A DNA stretch of 64,000 nucleotides from a virus. Made by a program: the position numbers and the translations under genes. Position 1 is the stretch's first letter, and each line of letters starts with the position of its first letter. Of this stretch, positions 57,701-64,000 are shown in pieces. Below the pieces are notes generated by a model. The model did no database searches. It had not been told where the DNA came from and saw only the letters and a program-made list of their open reading frames with translations. Location of the stretch: IMG/VR virus record IMGVR_UViG_3300042293_000555, positions 1 to 64,000 of that record. One strand, written 5' to 3'.

Positions 57701-60700
57701 CATCATATTCACTCATACCATTTATACCTGCAACTATAATCTTATGATACTCTGTACCATGCAATCCCCATAAATGATTTTCACCATTAACCCTTAACAC
57801 TATAAATGGTGGTGTTACTTCAGCAGTAGCTTTAAGGTCAGCAAAAGTAAACTTATCTTTCTTAATCAATTTTAACTTTTGTTCTTCATCAAGATTAACT
57901 AAGTTATCAAGTTTAGGAAGAATATTAGTATTATTTTGTGCAAATTGTACAGCAAATCTACTTGGTACATAGTTTTCACTTCCAACTTCTTCAGATGTAA
58001 TACCAAACTTAGCTGCTGCATCACCATTAAGATCAAGAGAAGCTAATGCATCAGAGAATCCCATTCTTTTTAAATAATCTATAGGAATGAACTTAGCAAA
58101 TTGAATTACTTCCTGTACACCACCTTCAAGAATAGCATAGTTAATCATGTCTTGAGCTAACATCCTTGTATTATAAGTTTCACCATTAAATGATGGCAAG
58201 GATATTTTAGATTCCATTAACTGAAGTAATGCATTAGTCATATAACTTTCATCAAAGTTAGCTGCTGCTGCATTATTAAATTTAATCAATGAAGGTTTAC
58301 CGGGTACAGTAGATGTTTCATATTCCATTACTTGGAACAATTTGTTATTTGCAAAGTAAGGTATTTTCATCAACTTCTGAACATAAGAAGCTAATGATAC
58401 TTTGTTATCTTCTCTTGAATCAAAGAACAACCTATGTCTTTCTCCCTGTGCAGTATTGTTCTCAAACAGTGTTGATTCTGCTGCAACAGTATTCATAAAT
58501 TTCTTTATCTCTTTGAGAATCAATTGTTTTCTTTCAATTTTCTTAGACTCACTTACTTCTCCTAAACTTAGAATTGAGAATATTTCTTTGTTTAATGCTG
58601 CTACTACTTTTGAATTATAAGGAAAATGTTTCTCCCACAATCCATTAGCAAAACTTAAACCTGCAATAGCAATATGTCCACTGATAGTAGTAGGTTTAAC
58701 CCAAACATTGTCACCTAAATTTACAAATTCTTCTTTAGTCAACATCTCAGGTGTACGTGATGTAGTTGGAGATGCAATTTCACCAATCAATGCTCCTGCA
58801 TTTTTAATTGACTTATTCTTGAACAAAGATTTTATAGACTCAAGTTTTTCCTGTACTTCAGGTAAAGATTTACCTAAACCTTTAGAATCTATATTGATAG
58901 ATGTCTGTACTGATCTAAGTTTTAAACCATACTCTTGAAGTAGTTGAAATCTCTGTAATACTTCCTGTTGGAATAATGCTGAATGATTTGTAAGCTGACC
59001 AAGCATTGTTGCATTAGTTAATGCTTCACCATTACCTTCAACAGGTTTAGCAAGAGAGAAACCATACTTTTTAGCAAGAGCATTAAGTACTTTTATTTCT
59101 TTATCAGGATCATATTCTGCAAGATTAGATGAAGCATTATTCATCATCTTTACATAATCTCTAACAATAGGTTGGGATAAGAATAAGAATTGAATAGAGT
59201 TACCATCTGCACCTTTATCAAATCCTAACAATGCCATAACCTTAGATATATCTAATGTTATACCATTAATATTTACCTTACCCATTACCTGTTCTTTCTC
59301 ATTATCTACTGCAATATTTTGAAGTTCCATCAGTACTTCAGCAATAGGTCTTTGTAAACTACTATAATCTTCAAGAATTTTTGCAAAAGCAGGATTAATA
59401 GATGCCTGACCTTCTATAAAATCATCAGCAAAGTTTTCATTATCTTTTATCAAATCAGCAGCATCATCACCTTCTTTAGTATTCAATGCTTTCAACCTTG
59501 CAATAATAAATTCTACTTTACTGACTTTCAATGTTTTAGGTTCACCTAATTTACCATGAGATGTAAGTTCACCAAAAGTAAGTTCTAAAGGTGTTTCTTC
59601 ATCTGCCATCAATATAAGTTGATTACCATTAGCTTTAGCCTGCTCAAATAAAGAATGAGAAGTTACATCTAAAGAATAAGCACCTGTACCTACTTTACCT
59701 GATGCACCTAAAAACATTTTACCTTTCTGATACTCAGAGTTCAGTGGACTAAAATTAGTATCATCTTTTTCTCCTTCCAAAATATCATCAATCATTTGGG
59801 CCTGTTGTTTAGCAAAAGCAATTGACAACACACCATTGATTTTCTTTTGAACTTCTGCATTAGAAGAAGTAAAGATTGATTTATGAATTTTAATCAGTTC
59901 ATTCTGAATAAGTTTTTCTTCTAACCTACTTACATTCTTAGAGTTTTTATTTAATGGAATAATAGTACCACTATCTAATGATGTAGTCCATAAGTTATAA
60001 GCAGTTTCTTTATCTACGTCAAAGTCAAGACCTTTTTGTTCAGTCATGTTTGCAGGTAAAATCATCAAATCACCACTCTCTTCAGGAAGGAATCCAACAA
60101 TTTCAAACTGTGATGCAGATACGTGACCTGAAGTAGGAATCCTAAAAGAAGTTATTGACATTAATTCTTCAGCAATCTTACCTTTCTTAAGTCTGAATCC
60201 TAAATTTGTTTCATCAACATACTTATATCCTTTACCAGATGGATCTTTTTCCATCAGATTAATGAGATTACCTTCACTATCTCTAAACTTAGCAGGCACA
60301 AGTACTTGAGCTGAAATAAAGTTACCTTTGTCATCAAAGGTTGCAGGTTTTAAACTACCACTCCATTTATCAGTCCATACAATTCTATTTTCTTTAACAT
60401 CATCAAGATTGTATTTAAACTTATAACCTTCTTCACTACCTGCTACAAATGAGTTTCCAGGAAACTTCATCTTAACAATTCTACTTTGAACAATAGATAC
60501 TAACAGTGATTCAAATCTATTAGAGTTAGCAGACATCCAAATAGGCATCTCAAATTTAAAGTCAGTAACCTTACCATCTTCATCATAGATATAAGATATT
60601 TGTAAAGCATCAATGTCTTGTTTACCATAACCTTTATCAATAGCTTCCTGTACTAAAAGTTTCTGTACTTTAACAGCAGTTGCTACAACATCAGTAGGTT

Positions 60701-63700
60701 TAAAAGTAACAGGGTCAACTCCCAACTCTTCACAAAGTTGTGTTTGTTTAAGTTTTACCAAATCTGCAAACAGATTAGTAAATTGTTCCTGTAACTGTTT
60801 ACCTGAATAAGTTTGACCATTTAACTTAAATCCTTCAATATCCATAATACCATTACCAAATAATACTTTGGTAAGCTGAGTACCCATACTTACAGTATCT
60901 TCTTTTCTTTTGAAAGATTTAAAAGGTACATCTAACTGAATCTTAAAGTCTTTTCTATTAAGTGTAAGAGATGATTCAAGAATTTTATCTACATCAAATT
61001 CAAGTTCATCTTTCTTACCTTCTTTTGGTTTCTTATGTTCAATAGCAGTGCCATCAGGATTAAATACTTTTAATGCATTGTTGTTTGCACCAACTTTATT
61101 ACCTGATTCATAAGATGCTCTTACATGTTTACCAGTCTTCTTTTCTACTGCTTCCAAAGTTTCTCTGATAACATCCAACTCCATACCTTTAGTAAGTTGT
61201 GGAATAAGTGGATAAGATGATGTCTTAATATACATCATTCTCATTACATCTTGTTCAGCATCATATATTTGACCTGTATATACAGGTTTAATAGGTTGTA
61301 ATACTTTCTTTACTACTGCTCTTTGAGCTTCAGTCATATCTTCTAATGGTGTACCATCAGCAAATAATTTCTTAGCTACCGCTATTTCCTGTGGAGTAAT
61401 ATTGATTGCAGCATCAGCTACCCTACCCATATTTTCTAATATGTGTAAGTGTTCCTGCCAGGTAGTATACTCCTGTGCATTAGTAGCTTCCATATAAAAG
61501 TAATTGTTTGACTTAGGATACTTAGCATTAAAGAACTTAATAGCTGATGCTTTAGCTGCTTTTAACTTTTGAGTTTCTAATTCATCTTTACCTTTTACAG
61601 GCATAGCCATAATCTTGTTATACTCTTCTCTGTCAAATGCTTTATTATCCAACAACTTAGTTAAGAACTCAATGTTGTCAGCTATCTTATATCTGTCATC
61701 TAAGAATATTTGAATATACTGCTCATTCTCAGACTTATTAATTTTAGAACCTGGAGCTATCATTGCAGCTAATCTCTTACCTACATTTACAAAGGTTTCT
61801 TTAACCTGAGTCATTGCAGGATCATTTGGATTAGCTTTATAGTATACAGCAGGGTCACCAATAACTGTCATAAACATATTGGCATTAGCTATAATCTGAT
61901 TAATCTCAAAGTCAAAAGCTGCAATTAGAGTATTGGAAATCTTTGAATCTTTGTCCTTAGCTTTTTTAATCTTCTCTAAATATTCTTTTTCAACAAAATC
62001 CAATTCTCCAAACTCATTCAATATTCCACCTTCTTTCCAATTATCCAATTTCTCATTAACTGATGACTGTACAAATGATTGAATAGCAGGAAGTATTTGA
62101 GATTTATAAGCATCAAGGTCTTTGAGAGTAGTGCTACTGTTATTGATAAATTCTCTAAGGTTTACTTTTTTACCATTAGTAAGAGTAATCTCTAAATCAT
62201 TTAACTTAGGTAAAAAGAATAACATACCAGCACCATTATCATAACTCTTGATATTGGTTTTCTTATTCTTCTCTTTATAAGCAAACATTCTTGTAATTTC
62301 AGGTAGAGCAATTTGCTCATACAACAGTTCCAAGATATCTTCATGTACTCCTACATTTCCTTCACCATCAACATTATAGAAATTAGAATTAGTTAAATCA
62401 AAAGCAGGTGCTTTAACAACAACCATTGTTGACTTATCTGACATTGTTGGGAAAAAGAATCTTGATACTCTTAAAGGAATAGCTAATAACTTTTTACCTG
62501 TACTGTAAGTCTTAGTTGTTGAACCCTGTTTCATATCTTGAAACATAGTAATCTTAGTAGCTTCATGGTCAGTATCACTTAATGTTGTGATATCATTATC
62601 CTTATAACTCTTCTTACCTTTTTCAGTAATAGCTGTCAGACCCAAGTGAGATATACCAAACTTAGAACCTAAACCAAAATCACCATTTGGATCCATCAAA
62701 CTTAACCAAAGAGATTGTTTTGAAAAAGACAATGATTGAAGTTGTGTAAGGATGTCATCAGTTATCTTCTTTCTTTCTTGAGGTGATTTACTGGAAGCAT
62801 CCTTCAACTCATTGAATCTGTCAGTAACATATTTCAATGCAGTAAATCCATAAATAGATTTTTTACCATCTCTAAATGAATTAGTTACAATGTTTTTAGA
62901 ATACTTTGACTGAAGATATGCAAGTGTTGATCTGATTGCACCATCATCTAAAGGATTACCTGTAAGGTTAGTTTCTGATGTAAGGTCAGTTTCAACATTT
63001 CCATTTTTTACTCCCTGACACCAAGCTGCAAGTTTACCAATTGCACCTTTAGTATTATCACTCTTCATAAAGAATCCTGTAGCTGTCAATAACTCACCAT
63101 CACTAAATATTTTATTAGTAAAGATTTGTTCTATTGCTGCATCAGCTAATTCAATACCAAAATAAGATAACCATATTTGTACTTCACTAACAGCTTCTGC
63201 TCTCTCTTCTTTAGTCAACTTCATGTAACCCTTAACTGCTCTTCCTACAACGTGTTCTTGAAATGGTACAATAGTAAGAACACTTTCACCCTTTTCATTC
63301 TTATTAAGGGTTACACTATAAGGTGAACCATTCATTGTCATCTTCTTAGTGGTATCAAGTTTGTTACCTATCTGAGCTAAGAACTTACTGTGAGCAGGAT
63401 TATTAGGATTAAGTGTAACTGTACCTGATTTACCTACACCAAGTTTACTTTTTACAATTTCAACTAATGGTTTATTATCTACATTTGCTAAATCTTTTGG
63501 ACCTGCAAACCAAGAGTCATACTCTTCTAACAAATTATTTGCAACACCTGTATCAACAATGTATTCTCCATCTTCTTCAGTGATAAGTGGATTACTTACT
63601 GCAAATAAATTATTATTCCAAGTAGATGCAATCTTCTTAACAATAGCTGATTGATTGGTATCTGTTACCCTAAGTGTATACTTACCTGTATTAAGGTCAA

Positions 63701-64000
63701 AAGAATACATGGCAAACTCCATCTTCAAAGAGTGAGTGCCCATCTTATTTGCAAATGAATTTTGAATCTGTTTATCAGCAGCTCTTAATTTTACAATAGC
63801 TTCTTTTAACCAAGGATGTGTATCAATGTACAAATCTTCAAGTATCTTCATCTGTATATCAAAGTCTACAGGTTGATCAGCAAGAAATGCTTGTATAGTA
63901 TTGAATACAGTATCAAAGTCTACAAAGGTTGTTACACCAAATGCACCTAATACAGGTAATCCTGTTTTACTATTAATGTTGGTAATCTTTGCTAAGAATA
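54735..64000 (-). CDS. Giant virion RNA polymerase polyprotein with C-terminal SF1B (RecD/Dda-like) helicase; 5' end outside the window
   Basis: RIPTSG and GLDFDVDK (DFDxD at ~60012-60026), AVDNEK; helicase GGGGTGKTT, IIDECSM, GDNAQLPP, YALTSHKAQGSEF, YVALSRAK; frame has no stop from 63851 to the window end. Confidence 0.88.
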   Translation of the reverse strand, partial: FLAKITNINSKTGLPVLGAFGVTTFVDFDTVFNTIQAFLADQPVDFDIQMKILEDLYIDTHPWLKEAIVKLRAADKQIQNSFANKMGTHSLKMEFAMYSFDLNTGKYTLRVTDTNQSAIVKKIASTWNNNLFAVSNPLITEEDGEYIVDTGVANNLLEEYDSWFAGPKDLANVDNKPLVEIVKSKLGVGKSGTVTLNPNNPAHSKFLAQIGNKLDTTKKMTMNGSPYSVTLNKNEKGESVLTIVPFQEHVVGRAVKGYMKLTKEERAEAVSEVQIWLSYFGIELADAAIEQIFTNKIFSDGELLTATGFFMKSDNTKGAIGKLAAWCQGVKNGNVETDLTSETNLTGNPLDDGAIRSTLAYLQSKYSKNIVTNSFRDGKKSIYGFTALKYVTDRFNELKDASSKSPQERKKITDDILTQLQSLSFSKQSLWLSLMDPNGDFGLGSKFGISHLGLTAITEKGKKSYKDNDITTLSDTDHEATKITMFQDMKQGSTTKTYSTGKKLLAIPLRVSRFFFPTMSDKSTMVVVKAPAFDLTNSNFYNVDGEGNVGVHEDILELLYEQIALPEITRMFAYKEKNKKTNIKSYDNGAGMLFFLPKLNDLEITLTNGKKVNLREFINNSSTTLKDLDAYKSQILPAIQSFVQSSVNEKLDNWKEGGILNEFGELDFVEKEYLEKIKKAKDKDSKISNTLIAAFDFEINQIIANANMFMTVIGDPAVYYKANPNDPAMTQVKETFVNVGKRLAAMIAPGSKINKSENEQYIQIFLDDRYKIADNIEFLTKLLDNKAFDREEYNKIMAMPVKGKDELETQKLKAAKASAIKFFNAKYPKSNNYFYMEATNAQEYTTWQEHLHILENMGRVADAAINITPQEIAVAKKLFADGTPLEDMTEAQRAVVKKVLQPIKPVYTGQIYDAEQDVMRMMYIKTSSYPLIPQLTKGMELDVIRETLEAVEKKTGKHVRASYESGNKVGANNNALKVFNPDGTAIEHKKPKEGKKDELEFDVDKILESSLTLNRKDFKIQLDVPFKSFKRKEDTVSMGTQLTKVLFGNGIMDIEGFKLNGQTYSGKQLQEQFTNLFADLVKLKQTQLCEELGVDPVTFKPTDVVATAVKVQKLLVQEAIDKGYGKQDIDALQISYIYDEDGKVTDFKFEMPIWMSANSNRFESLLVSIVQSRIVKMKFPGNSFVAGSEEGYKFKYNLDDVKENRIVWTDKWSGSLKPATFDDKGNFISAQVLVPAKFRDSEGNLINLMEKDPSGKGYKYVDETNLGFRLKKGKIAEELMSITSFRIPTSGHVSASQFEIVGFLPEESGDLMILPANMTEQKGLDFDVDKETAYNLWTTSLDSGTIIPLNKNSKNVSRLEEKLIQNELIKIHKSIFTSSNAEVQKKINGVLSIAFAKQQAQMIDDILEGEKDDTNFSPLNSEYQKGKMFLGASGKVGTGAYSLDVTSHSLFEQAKANGNQLILMADEETPLELTFGELTSHGKLGEPKTLKVSKVEFIIARLKALNTKEGDDAADLIKDNENFADDFIEGQASINPAFAKILEDYSSLQRPIAEVLMELQNIAVDNEKEQVMGKVNINGITLDISKVMALLGFDKGADGNSIQFLFLSQPIVRDYVKMMNNASSNLAEYDPDKEIKVLNALAKKYGFSLAKPVEGNGEALTNATMLGQLTNHSALFQQEVLQRFQLLQEYGLKLRSVQTSINIDSKGLGKSLPEVQEKLESIKSLFKNKSIKNAGALIGEIASPTTSRTPEMLTKEEFVNLGDNVWVKPTTISGHIAIAGLSFANGLWEKHFPYNSKVVAALNKEIFSILSLGEVSESKKIERKQLILKEIKKFMNTVAAESTLFENNTAQGERHRLFFDSREDNKVSLASYVQKLMKIPYFANNKLFQVMEYETSTVPGKPSLIKFNNAAAANFDESYMTNALLQLMESKISLPSFNGETYNTRMLAQDMINYAILEGGVQEVIQFAKFIPIDYLKRMGFSDALASLDLNGDAAAKFGITSEEVGSENYVPSRFAVQFAQNNTNILPKLDNLVNLDEEQKLKLIKKDKFTFADLKATAEVTPPFIVLRVNGENHLWGLHGTEYHKIIVAGINGMSEYDASARAVKSLITTRKKTKVKAPKTPLPVAGEATNMVSKERFGLGIDNISTVIKNMIADKSISPDLKKLAQAILPFVNNETKIVVSETIAKGKYNPGTNTITIPPRTAQADKNELIRVFLKETVHSITDNQLLKYLNPDGTLNNSLGEIPQHITDLLKIYKAARLGLEKKYGVDGINTVMEKIKKQKSIKTATEIEAAKKDENILLKQFEAKVLYGVTDILEFVEMMMTEPEFQTEMAAIDYGAGNKNLVDKFFDFIKQMFSDLGIAVGEGSITANAIKEIFNVMKDAKADVEAAEIDIDTTVWDTSKFSIFLNEDNEYEILADDGSLIDVAPTMEEAKIRFAEIVKSFEKTNEAKKNADIEEINFMVEAKDLVLNIDDMIINDYEEWSKLIKDVNLEDYNNYPFVQSYFKEAGAVAVPEEIDFINKNIDKFEAMLAKFDTKSPTELAEKLKDYTPPVILTQKKVDLSDDKDTDLNNEVEESGAFTAYELFPKVFANEEQSNALDSMNNFLKDKSAKTYVLTGGGGTGKTTIMKKLLSNNPGLKVVGGAIGHNAKEVLKKSIGSRATISTIASMIGLKLDDASGTFMIDKYFDVSKSPLSGAQLIIIDECSMIDEEFLAHLSKVQKLVAPNAKIIFMGDNAQLPPIREKYSKLEGQDSPTFTAYSGNYTAHLSKSMRQEKDSMILTVANMVAANVRSNAIVKDVLEGKEAKLHSDEVQFKDSDQIDAAIEADLKKDKWGTKVIAFSNVIRKYWNGKARVMLFGEQGAKRKFNVGEMISPQFTDEKLKNQFGEEIGVYNGQHFEVTKVNEVPNGIAIAYYDTKTNKESYSTYMAYDLTIKSADGMEFNIRVNDESLDFKAFQAAQKSLYNYYSKLPRGEADRVKKTMYEKNKTAFRSVEYGYALTSHKAQGSEFNNVYVFKNDILSNGTSTKSKNQALYVALSRAKKKLTVIKDVFNPDDYLDLETFSPATEKELSLSEEPWTLETNECGI

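Noticed and set aside
55368-58938. Plus-strand ORFs antisense to the RNAP gene, and similar short shadow ORFs inside MCP, TerL, PolB and helicase genes
   Set aside because: Antisense or off-frame shadows of long genes with no recognisable motifs.

Overview
The window is about 64 kb of an AT-rich crAss-like phage genome (Crassvirales). A Bacteroidota, possibly flavobacterial, host is inferred from TAnnTTTG promoters and gene content. The standard genetic code applies. Layout: (1) 1-18.5 kb, minus strand: morphogenesis module (HTH, IHF/HU, amidase, TerL, portal, scaffold, major capsid, tail proteins, tail fibre). (2) 18.6-25 kb, plus strand: early region with six copies of a phage promoter-like motif, small orphan genes, one normal tRNA and several structured RNAs. 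(3) 25-47 kb, plus strand: replication and metabolism genes (PolB, SF2 and DnaB-like helicases, primase, nucleases, ThyX, dUTPase, a catalytic-domain-only class II aaRS paralog). (4) 47-64 kb, minus strand: giant virion cargo proteins, including a 5'-truncated DFDVD RNA polymerase fused to an SF1B helicase. The strongest candidate system is a phage-encoded ubiquitin-like conjugation operon (Ubl-fusion, E2-like, JAB, E1) at 33.7-37.5 kb. Also notable are three tRNA-shaped RNAs whose anticodon arms are replaced by structured inserts, and a duplicated, covarying three-way-junction motif after two paralogous early genes. All calls come from motif reading by eye; no database searches or folding programs were run.
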